64,000 nt of DNA from Phoronis australis (lineage: Eukaryota; Animalia; Phoronida). A program made the translations under genes and the position numbers. Every line of letters begins with the position of its first letter. Within the stretch, counting starts at the first letter, position 1. The notes beneath the pieces are model-generated. The model was given only the letters and a program-made list of their open reading frames with translations. It did not search any database and had not been told where the DNA came from. Where the stretch lies: positions 680,841 to 744,840 of the forward strand of contig NMRA01000104.1 in the NCBI GenBank assembly GCA_002633005.1, in the 5' to 3' direction. Positions 1 through 12,500 of this stretch are shown here, piece after piece.

Positions 1-594
1 ATGATGAATTGGTTTGACTTCAAGCGAAGAAGGAAGAACTCTCCCGTTTGCTGATGGATAAAATGTGTGCCGTCGAAGTTCAGTATGTGTCCGAGACCAC
101 TGACAAATGCTAGTCTTTGATGTCTACCAACATGAGACATGGCAATAGAGCAGTCTTTACCATGCCAGCCAGGGGAACATACACTGCAGTCCCTAGAGCC
201 CATTCTGTTCAAAGGGCAACTACACTGGCCTGTCTCCATATTGCAAGTGCCAAATCCAGAACAGGGCTTCAGTGATCCACCGGGACACTCTTGTGCACAT
301 GATGTGTTCCAGAAGCCAGGTAGACAGGTGCATATGTTTGCATCTTCGGTGTCCCTTACTCCAAACTTGCACGGAATGCTGCAGCGGTCACCAATCCAGT
401 AAGGGAAGAACGATCCAGTGAACTTGTTACAGAGGGAGCGTGCCGGCCATTCAGCGAGATTCAGCACCATTTCACAGTAGTCGGCGAATGATACAACAGC
501 AGACAATGCTCCATTTAGATGGTTCTCATTTACAACATCCGAAACACACTGGTCATGGTAGAGTCTCTTCACCTGCTCGCTTATGGCGCAAGTG
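1..594 (-). CDS. Exon 48 (truncated by window edge): C8-like, EGF and start of sixth VWD-like domain
   Basis: ttcag|C ACT TGC; YHDQCVSD...SFADYC...WPARSLC...WIGDRC...AFVSGLGHILNFDGTHF...GEF; open to position 1. Confidence 0.88.
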
Positions 595-3500
595 CTGAAA
601 ATGAATTCAATAAATTTTAAGTAATTGTAATCAAAGAACTTCAATTTGGTCTCAACTTGTTCTTTATTGGGTTAAAATATGAGTTTTGAAAATCAAGATA
701 TTGATCTATGTACTAGGTTAGTGTTAATGGGGAACAACTCTGACAAATGATAAGAATCTGGGATACAGTTGCTTTGAAAGCACAGATATACCACAGCGGA
801 TGGCATACTTTTGCACTGTTTATTTCAGAAATTATCTCTTTGTCATTAGATCTCACCTGTTCAATTCCCCAGTGTACATGAGTTCAAAACAGAATTGTTT
901 GGCACTGTGCGTTGTGACACTGCGTCTTCGTCTGCTAATTATGCCTCCTGGCATGAAGTCTTGCCCAGTGTAGTGGGGAATAGGTGCGTTGGACAGTTTC
1001 CATTCCGGTGAGGTAAATGGAGCTCTTGGGAGGACGAGCTCTAGTTTTGAAACACTGTCATAGGCAACAAAACCTGTAATTAAGAGCAATAATTTCAAAG
1101 AAACTCAACATTTTAATTCACTGTAAAAACATCAATGTTGAACCTTTGGAAGTTACAAACAGTCTTTTGTCAGAGCTTAGAAAATCAACCGAGTCACTCA
1201 ATCTTATCCATTACAGGATTCAACAGGTCTAATTTCTATAAGGCCATGCCATGTTTTCTAGAGAAAGGAACAACAGTGTTTTGATCTGGTCACAATGCCT
1301 ATCATAGCCAACAGCCTTGTCAATACTCACTGACAATGTCACCCAGCATCAAGCCTAGAGTCTGTAAGGTTTCCCATTGATCGATTCTGAACAATTTTCC
1401 AATTCCCACCTCAATGATTATCAACAAGTTGAAAAACACCAGGAATACATGATTATGCCAAGGTTTCGAGTCTTTGGAGAATGAAGCAATCTTTTAATCA
1501 CATAAGATCTCAAAGATCGTGATGTTCAATAGAGATTTCATTACCTGTCCCCTCGTCCATTTTCCATATAGCAGTGAGGTTAGGTGTTCTGGGACCGTAG
1601 TTGACATTCCAAGACTGCTTGATTTCAAGATTGGTGAAGTGTCTGAAACGTAACATGGATATTTATTATTAACTAAAAGTGCATTTTAAATGTCATTGAA
1701 TCATTCTCCTTTGCCACACAAGGCATTGAAATGAATCCCTTGCCTTCACCATGCACATGAAATACTCAAATACATCTTAACGAGAAGGAAATTAAGGTAT
1801 CAATCACAATGATTGGCCCGTTACTTGAGTGTACAAAAAATAAGTGGGAGGGTGTTTGAGGCTTGATGCTAAAACACATTTTAACAAAACAACCAACTTC
1901 CAGGACAATCGGGTACTTTAAATTTGTAATGAGAGATGCAAGGAACAAATTCTAGTCTGTAACAATATAAAATTTACGTACACTTCTGAGGGGAGGGATG
2001 GATCAGTAAACTATGTGTACACTAGTGAAATAAGCCACGATTATAGTCTGCCAAAAAACAAACAACTGAGCGTACCTGTCCCATATCCGTAAGTCGTCAA
2101 TGTAACCAGAGAAGCGTCCAGAGCTCTGCTTGCCTGTTCCATCTGCAGAAGGTTGCCATCTTCCAAGAGCCAGGGTGCCACCATTAGTGAACGGATTGCT
2201 TGACAGGGTGAAACACTTTCGTCTCATCTTTCTCTTACTGTTAATCCAGTACAGATTCATTTTGTTCTGCCAACTATCCCACACCATGGAGATCAAGTTC
2301 CATTTGTTAATCTGTAGTTTTATATTAGTTGTTACAACAGAATCTCCGTAATAAATATCAAGATACCTGTTATCAATATTAAGATAGAATGTCTTAGTCA
2401 CTGTATAGGCAAACACTGTTCCAGAGCATTTTCCAGACTTGCATGTTCTGACCAGAAACTCAATGGTGGTATATCTACCATAGAATTTAGTGAAGTTGTA
2501 GACTGTTGCCGATGCATCGTTGAACAGCAGACAGTAACCAGCGCCAGTGGGTTGGAAGCTTCCAATATCTCTGGTGTTATTGACCATCATGGCGATGTCA
2601 TCTTTGGTGCTGTTGTCATCCAGAGGTCTACTTGTGCCATTCACAGTCGGGATGGAGTATAAGCCACACTTCAGAGGTTCATTCTTTGGTCCACAGCTAC
2701 ATGTACCGCAGAGACCTTCCACCTGGTCAACACAGCAAATGCTATTGGAAATGATGAAGATGACATCCATGCCGAATAGTCCAACAGAGGTCTGTAGTGT
2801 AAACCGCAGTTCTGGGATTCGAATGGTGTACACGTTGAATGTATTTTGTTGTACCTGTACATCACAGCCATCCTTGTTAGCAAATGATGTCAGGGTCATA
2901 GCATCAGCTTCCACACCGTCAACCTTCAGACTGGCAGTGAAGAAGTAGGTCCAGGTTAGACTGATCTGAACATCATGATATGTTGTCACAACTTGACGTG
3001 GGTATACCCGAGAATAGCGCACTGCATAGAGCACCTGTATAAGCAAAGAAGTTAATCATGATTAAATATAAACATGGCAAGCTCAGAGATATGGAAGAGC
3101 CAATACCAAATGCAGCCACTACAAAATTTTAAATATCGTTTCTTACTTCCTCAGAACAAGTACTTGGGAGATTTGGTGCATCAAATAACACTTAAATTTG
3201 AAATTGTAAATGACACTCTTAACTCAGAAGAATGCAATTACGTAATAAATGTGACACAGTTTCTTAAAAGAAGACAAATAGATGATTTGTCTAGTCTGGA
3301 TTTTAATGTTCACAAGACCAATCAACAACAGATAATGTTTAATTAAAGATACGAAACAGTTAGTATATTACATGTACATGGCTACAAGTAAAACTAAGGT
3401 CTGTACAGACATATAAGTCTCTGCTTATTGTAAATAGAAGGGTTTGCAGCACTGAACACGAAAATATCACCAGCAAATAAAAAGAGCAGGCCTACTACAG

Positions 3501-6500
3501 CAGAAAATAACTCGGTTACTCCCTACATTTCTGAATCTTTTTACTCAACATGAAGATGAAAAGACTAACAAGTGAAACACATGCATGCTCCACCCAACAG
3601 AAGTGGTATAAGATGTGCACCTGTTTAGTGTATCTGTCAACATGTTTTTTATGACCGTACTGTGAGTGTTTAGCCAGATATTTACTGTACAAAACTGTAG
3701 GTTTTAACTCGGCAAAAGTATAGAATTTCTAGAATTTGTGTAAAATGGGTGATGTGATAAATGTTTTTAGAAAATTTAGAAAAAGGTACATGGATAGCAA
3801 AACAAAGGTATCTAAACCACTCACATTTTGTTTGATAGTCTAAGAGTTGTTCAAGATGATATTTCAAAAATGCTTTAACACTTTTCAAAATTATCATTTC
3901 GTTTTCATTCTATGCAACTTTTTTCTATGAAAAGCACAAAAGTCCCAATTTTTTAGCCCACATTTGCAAAAGTGGAACACTCTAAAAACAATTCCCAACA
4001 GAGTTTTGGAGAACAGTGCATAACGCATAGTACCTGAAAGTTGTCAAATGAATCTGATCAGACATTTCTGATATGATGTTCTGAAGTTAGCCAAACTTGG
4101 ACACTTTTCTAGGGTTATACATAATCTAAACAAGGTTTTGTAAACTAGGTAAACCCATACCTTAATGGTCAAGTTGCCCACTAACAGCAGATAGAACTCT
4201 CCTGGATCACTCAAGGTGAAAGCCAGTTGGAAACCTCTGATGGTCTGGCTACTGTCTGCGACACACATGACATGGTTCTCCCCCGGAGGGCGCTGAGGAT
4301 TGTCTAGCAAAGAGCAGTCTCGACCATACCATCCCTGGGTACATGAAGAGCATAGCTCATCACCACCAAAGTTGTCCTCACATTCGCATTCACCGGTTAG
4401 CCTGTTGCAGACACCATGACCAGAACATACTTTACCCTTGTTCATTCGACATATCTGATCACAAGAAACTCCCCAGTACCCATCTTCACAGACACAAGCA
4501 TCACCTCGCTTGTTAGGTGTGCCGTAGTAACACTTTCTTGAGCAGTTGGTACCATACCAGATTGGGACATGCTTTTCAAATGCGTTGCACAGTAGTCTGT
4601 CCAGTGTCTCGTTGAGGTCTTTGGCAGTGGAACAGAGTGATCCATATCCAAGAACAGAGTCCATTGCAGAGAAAGACTGTCCACTTTCTAAGACACTTTG
4701 GACGCACCTTTGGATAAATGGTTGCTGACCACCCAAGCTTGCACACTTCTTGGAAATAGGTCCAGTTGAGAAGAAATGGGTACATTTGGTTATTATTATC
4801 TCTACGTCAACGCCTGAGGCAATGGCCACCTTGTACTCAACGGATAATTGTAATGAATGGTGGTACAAAGGAGCTGTTGACAAAACCCACACAGGAGGGA
4901 AGAAAGTTGAAACTGGTAATGACAGAGTGACTTGAGCACTTCCTGTAGTTCTCACATATGAGCCTGAGCCAGCGTCAAAATCCCAACCAACAATGATCCT
5001 GGTGTCTGTACTGACCACATGAGTGTCAAACCTCAGCAACATCTCGGATGGGGTGAAGCGTACTTTCCACATGTACACATGATCAAGGACACCAACAAAC
5101 TGCTCCAAGGGTGGTTCGCCTACTGCTGTGGTAGAAACTTGCCACTGGCCAAGAGCCAGAGTGCCATCAGCAGGAAAGCATCCTGGTACCAACTGTAGTA
5201 CTCTCATTGTGACCCAACCATTAGCCTCATAGTGATAGAAATCAATGCGACCACTTTGTTGATAATACACCAATGCAATCTTTACCCATTGATGATGGGA
5301 AAAGTGGATGTTTGTGTTCACAGAAAGGTTTCCGAATCTGACAAAAAAGTATTGGTTTTCAACCGTCACAGCAAATGTTGTATCCAGAGTAAAAGAAATC
5401 AGAGTTCCTCCTGTGCTTTCCATGAAGCAGAAAAACTCCAGGGTGACGTACCTTGAGGAAAGCAGTTCTGCTGGAAACGAACTGGTAGCAATGCCTGTCT
5501 GATCATAATGAAGAGCAAAACCTCCAACAGTGTCAACAACTTTGGTGTACCGGATATACCTTGCCTCATAGAATGCACTGTTGTAGAATTCTACTTTTTG
5601 ACCAGCGCAGTAAGAAGTGATGATGGAATGGGTAATTTGCCTATGGAGGGCAAACGAAGCAAATCCTGATGTTGTAATGATGCAGTTAGCAGTGGTACAC
5701 GTAGGTATTGGGGTCCTGGAAACAATCGGCCCACACAGGCCTTTTGTGTACAGTCTGTCCTCTGGGTGCTGGAAGATGTTCACCGTCATGTGTATGCCAT
5801 GAAGGGCAACTTTCATGCGGAAGTTGCCGGTACTGTTAATCTCATACTCAGTCAGTGATACTCTGAATAAGTTGTACTGCCAAGTTAGCCTCATTTGTTT
5901 ACTTATTGCCACTTGTCTGTTGTTCAATAACATGAACAGTTTGCCATCTTTGCTTGAGTCAAGTATCAAGTTAATTCCATGTATATTCACTGCAACTGCA
6001 ACAACACAAGGATCATATCCTCTGCACTTAGTAAGTCGGGTTTCAACATTAACTCCCATATAGGCCTCGGAAAATATTCTATGTACCCCGTACTGCTTGT
6101 ATGAAAATGTTGAACCATCAAAGCTAGTCATGAGGCCTCCACTTATGACCATGCACACTCGTGTGGCAGATGTATAGTTTGTGTACACCAAGGAACAATC
6201 AAAGCCATGCCACCCTGGAGAGCAGGATGTACAGCCTTGGTCACCGCTCCAGTTGACCTCACACTTGCATTTTCCAGTGGTACCAGAACATTCACCGTGG
6301 TTATTACACGTTTGCGTAGAACCTCCAGGACAAGTGTTTCCACAGGTAGCTCCCCAATAACCGTCTTGACACTCACATTTATCCATCATTTGATCTTGTT
6401 GACTGGGAAACAGACACTCCTTATCACAGGCTGTTCCAAACCATTTAGGAAAAAGGCTTCTTTCAAATAAGGTGCAGATTTTTTGAGCAGGCCAAGGATA

Positions 6501-9500
6501 GTCTGGTAAATATATCTGACACAAGTCTGAAAATGCAAGTGCACTAGCAAGGGCATAGTTCTTACTGCCAGTGACTGCTATGTCTGATACGCAGGCAAAT
6601 TTAAAGTAAAGCAAAACTGCTGGTTGCATGAAACTGCACGTGGTCGCCATAGCGGACTGGTAAAACAGCGTGGTACAGAAAGTGTTAGCCACTTGTTCCA
6701 ATGCAGGATTCGTAAATGTTGGGTTGTAAACTCTGTCAAGCAGCTGGATATGTGCGTGTGAGAACACCCAGACAGGTCGTTGCACCACTCCATATTCAAC
6801 ATAAACATGAAGGGCAGCACTACCAACTACATCAACAACTATATCACCAGCACCTTCATCAAATGTCCACAAGGCTTTAAGCCCTACAGCTTTCAAGTTA
6901 ATGTTGACTCCCCAGTGTCTGTAAACTTGTGTGTGACTGAAAGAGCTGTGCCATACACTTAAACTGTCAATCTTTCCTTCAAACTTATGCGATGTGGGCA
7001 ATAATGCAAATTCATCGGGTGATGGTTGCCATCCTCCAATAGCAAGTGTTCCTCCATCAACAAAAATGTTGTGGTGATGATAAAGGTGCAGAGTTCTGTA
7101 TCTCAGGTTGTGACTGGCATCCATGATGTACACAATTAACTTTCTGGTAGTAAATGTCCACACTAAGTTAACTTGATACCATTGGTTCAACTGAATATCC
7201 ATGTAGGTGTTGTAAACTTGACGTCCAACTTGAACTTTTAGTCTGTTATCCAAATAAATGGCAAACGTTGTCTGGTGGGAGTACGATAGAATGACTCCTT
7301 GTTGTGATGCGGCCTCAATATAGAACTCTAATGTAATGTCCTGGTCTTGCACGAACAATCCAGTAAGTATATCCGAAGACAGAAGACTGTGGTTAAATGA
7401 GAGACAGTGGCCAGCACCAGTTGAAACACGTTGTTCACCAACCACATTGTTGTTAAACAGAACACTGAACAAACTGTGGGACCCCCGCACTAACCAAGCC
7501 AGCTTGGCTTCCTCTAAGTTGAAAGTGTTGTTTTGTGACTTGACATCACAGTCACCACACATGGAGTCCAGTGCATCAGTACACAGCGTCTTGTTCACCT
7601 TCAGCACAATGATAAGGTACTTGCTAACTATGTTGATTTTGGCCACTATGTGGTTGTTGAGCCAAGTAATAGTGTATTGATTTGATGCTTCATGTGCAAC
7701 TGTAATGTTTCTAAGTGTCACAGTTGTACTTGTATCCACCTGTAGATCGTTTATCCATACTTTGGCAGTTTCTTTGTTTGTGTAGCCAGCTCGCAGTACT
7801 AGAGTCTGCGAATAATATTTAACAGCCAATCCAACTACACAGGAGGACATTCCATAGCAGTTCTCTGTCCTAATTTGGCCTTCAAAGGTGCCATTTGCAT
7901 CCTGAGCTATTCTGTACTCCCCAATTTCTTTGAAGTCAAACTGAATGCCACCAAACGAAGCTGCGTGTCCTTGCCCAAAGAGAGCGCACTGGCCAGTGCC
8001 ACCCCCACTGGAGATGCTACAGTCAACACCTGACCAGCCAACAGCACACTCAGTACAGTTACTGTCATCTGACCAGCGTAGTTCACAACGACAAGTTCCT
8101 GTCTGCTGGTCACACACTCCATGATTGTTACACATCTCCTTACTTCCCCCTGGACACACACGTCCACAGTCAGCACCCCAGTAACCTTTGGTACACTGAC
8201 ATTCTAGATTACTGCTAACATGTCCAAATCTACACGTCACATTACAGGCCAGGTCTATAGCCAGTTGGCTGTGTGGGTCAAGAGACTCGCATAACTCCTC
8301 TGTTGGCACGGTTGTTAAGTTGAGGGCTTCTTTGCAGAAGTATGCAAATCTACTGACAGAAGTGGTGAAAACCGCTGCTGACGATGAATAATAAATGTCT
8401 AATAAACATGAGCGGTAGTAATATTGTAATGCTGAAACACCAAGTCTTTGACATGTCTCGCTGAGTGGTCCACGTAACAAGTACTTGCTACATTCCATTT
8501 TGGCAATTTCTGATAGTGTGTTATTCTCAAAGCCTTGAAGTGTAATACTCAAAGAAATGTCCACGATTGACACAACAGATGGCGGTTTAGAAAGAGTCCA
8601 AACCGGACCACCAACCACCTCTAAGAAGAATCTGTAGCCATGTACGAGATCTATTACAAGGCTTCCAAAACCTTCTTGAAACGTCCAAAGACCACTGAGG
8701 CCAGGTGTTTGTATACTAAATGCAATGTGATAATTTTCAATGATTTGATAAAAAGAGAAAGTTCTCTGCCAAGTTCGCAGATAGCTGATCTGTCCAACAA
8801 AAGTCTGTTGTGGTATCCCATACCCCTCTTGACCTTGCTCCGGTAACCACTGGCCTAACAACATTCGACCTCCAGGAACAAACAGGTTGACAGTGACAAT
8901 GAATGTCTTTATGGACACAAGCCCCTTTGATGAGAAGTAATACAGCTGTAGTGAATTCTGTTGACGAACGTAGACAAGTGTGATTTTTTGCCAGACATTC
9001 ATCTCCGTCACAATTCTTGTGTCAAAGACCTGGCCATTGATGTGGATTCTTACGGTGTTTAGATTTGAAACAGCGAAAACTGTGTCTTTTATGTAAGCCA
9101 TGATAGTTCCACCATACTGACTCGCGTTACCAGATTTGAACTGTACTTCAATAGTTACGTCAGTTTTTATACTAAAAGTAAGATCAAGCTGTTCGGAGTT
9201 GCAGCCATTGTGATTAAAACTGAGCACTGTGCCAGACCTTGAGAAGTCCTTCTCCTCAACGTAAGGTCCATACGAATAAATGAAGCCAGAATTAACAGTT
9301 GCATTCAACATCCAGTATGAAGCAAATTCATTGTGTATGACTAAGTTAGTTACTTCATTCAATGCGACATATGTAGTTGGTCCTGTTTGGAAACTCTTGC
9401 TATCATCTACACAACTTGAGCACAAACCAAGAATGCCTGAGCACTGACTATTTGAGATTGTTACATGGACAGACAGACTCTGTTGTCTTGATGTAATGTG

Positions 9501-12500
9501 CAACATTCCACTCTGTGTCCTAATATTCAGTTTGGTCAGTGAGTATTTCTCTATAGTAACAGTAGATGAAATGTCAAGTGTGCTGTCAAAATCTTGGAGT
9601 TGATTATTCAGCCAAATCAGCATTCTTCCACTCGAGTTGTATGGTGCATGGACAGCAATGACATGGGAGTCTGTATGAATAGCCACAGCATTAACACACA
9701 CGCTTTGCTTTGTTCCACAGGGTACTTGCCTGATGTTGACGGTCAGTGAGTTCTTTCTGTAGAACACAAATTCGCCAGTTCTTGTGAATTCAAAATTGAG
9801 ACGATTCAGAGTTGACAAATGTCCAAAAGCAGAGATCATACATATCCTTGTAGAAAGGTGCAAGTTAGTTCGTACCTTAGCAATTGAACAGTCTTTGCCA
9901 TGCCAGCCCTCAGTACATCTAGTGCAGTTGGAGTCTTTCTCTATTGGGCACACGCATTTTCCATCATTACCACATCCCACACCACCACAATTGGACCCCG
10001 GACATGGGTTCCTACAGGAAGAACCCCAGAAGCCACCATGGCAGACGCACTGGTCTGATTTGTTTGTGCGTGGATACCCTGCAATACAAGACACTTGGCA
10101 AGAGTTACCAATCCAGTTCGGAAGGCGATGTGGAAGAAACATGTTACAGAAGATTCTAGCTGGCCAGAAGTGTAGATTTCTAACATACTGACAGTGGTCA
10201 GAAAGTGAAAACAAGGTGTGTACTCTCGTGGTAATGTCTGAACTGAAATGAACAACGCTACTGACACAACTGAAATAATAGAACGCTTGTAGACTGTGGC
10301 CCAGTGCTGAACAAGTTGAGTTGATCTCAGAAGAATATATAACTGCTTTACACGTGCTATGTATATGCTGAAGTGCTGTGGATTCAATGTGAACAGTAGA
10401 GGAATACCAAACGCTGATGGCAGTCACTTCAATGTTAATCTTTGCGCCTGTAATAACCCAAGTTGGTCGACTCCAAGGATGCGGGAGGGAATAAAACTTT
10501 AAAGAAGAAACAGAGTCTCTAAAGATGCCATCGGTGAACACATCGTACTTCCAGTGACACACCAAACTAGCTGTTTTTTCTCGCAAATAAATCCATGATG
10601 TTTTTCGAACATGAGTAATAGTAAGAGCAGTAGACCACACCCTGACATCGTCCATCCATCCTTCAAATCCCCACTTAACACCATACGTTAGTCCAGATGG
10701 AGCATTCCACTGTCCAAGCATGAGTGTACCACCAGGTGGCAGCAGTTCACTTGAGTACTGCAACAGTGCAGACTGCACAGCGCCACTCTCATCTATAAGG
10801 TACAGCTGAACATAGCCAGTCGATCGTTTCCAGACTACCGCCAAGTGATACCACACATTCACGGCTATTCGAAGTGAGGAATTTGTCAGTGTTCCATCGA
10901 AATCAACTGCAACAATGCCTGAACAGGACAAAATGCTGAAGACCTTGCTTTGCTTGTAGCTGGTTATCACACCACAGCCAAAAGAGGTTTGTGTTTTTAC
11001 TTTAATTTCTACAGTAACATCATCCAGTGGGAAAACAAACACAGGTTCTGACAGAAGATGTGAGTTATTGAAATGAACACCATGACCACTGGCAGTGGAG
11101 GGCACGAATCCATGGAACAGAGTGTTTTCTTGGCCAACTTTCCAGGACATCCCAAACATATTGTGGATACTTGACTGGTTGAGAGTATCAACCGTGAGCA
11201 CGTGGTTGTTTTTTGTTCTGAAGTCATTGTTCGCTTGGCCGTCACAGCTTGACAACATCCCCTTTGAGGCAGAACAAACAGAACTGTAGATGGTAACATG
11301 AATTACTCTTGCAATACACTGCACATTCATCTCAAACTTCCCCACTACTTTAAGCTGGATGTGTGTTGGTGAGGCAAACTTGTAATAGCTTTCTTGTTGA
11401 AGCATCCAATATTTGATAACCACGCCATTTTTCCAAATAGTGACATGGCCAGTTATGGGATCTGCAAACATATTCAGAAGATGTCCCAGAATCCTGACCG
11501 CAACACCATCAACATAAACCGATGAGAAGAGTGAGCCAATCACATGCCTTGTGTGTACCACGACTGTGCTATCAGCATACAGCACATATTCTCCAATGCC
11601 GAGGTATTGGTACATGGCACCATCAAAGGTCAAAAAGTTTCCTGTAGGATAGGACATGCCAATGAAAACATCGCCTCTCTTGTTAGCTATGTTGCTAACG
11701 GCAACTGAGCAGTCAGTTCCAATCCAACCAGGTGAGCACAGACGACAGTTTGTAGACTCAACAAACTTTCCAGAACACTGACAGAACCCATTTGTTTTGT
11801 TGCAGTCTCCGTTTCCATAGCAAGGGTTTGAAGCCCCGCCTACACATTCATGCTCACAGCTGGTTCCCCAGTAACCATGGTTACAGTCACAGTACCCAGG
11901 ATCACTGGAAGCATTAAACCTCTCCTGAAAAAAGCATAAACATGACTGTGAGATAGTTAAGATACAGATATATTTAATTTCTTAATCCGAACTAAAAATA
12001 TTTCAGTTAACCAAATCATGAGGTTCCACAACAATCAAACAATCAGTAGTGTCTGGGGCTCAGGCAAACACTTACAAGGATAATGTGTATGTTATAAAAA
12101 ATCCGCGTTTCCTATATAGGCATCAGGACAAACACACTTGGATAAAAATTTGCAACGAGCATGTGTTCCATGTCAAAACTTGTCACAAGTGAAACAATTT
12201 TTAAAGCTTCAATATTTATCAAAGCTTATAATTTAAGATGATTTGTTATGTCACATAATGGATTGTCTAATTTCCTTTGTCTTATACAAAAATAGTATTA
12301 TTCATTTCACAGCTAATTGAAGGTTGCTACAATTATTTGTGACTACCAGTCTGCTGGACTGACTCACCTTGGTGACTTCCTGCTCACAAAGCGTGCTATT
12401 GTAGTTGGCTGTTACTGTCTCTGCCTTGTTAGACAAAGTGTACGTCAGATACCAGGCTACCTCATGCAGGTAGGCCACTCTGAAAAATTGTACAGTTGGC

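Noticed and set aside
4044-4160. ORF-track termini (for example the stop at 4044, or Met starts at 11657 and 53371) as real gene ends
   Set aside because: They are read-through into introns. Strong donors and acceptors lie inside these ORFs, and the domain patterns continue in the next exon.
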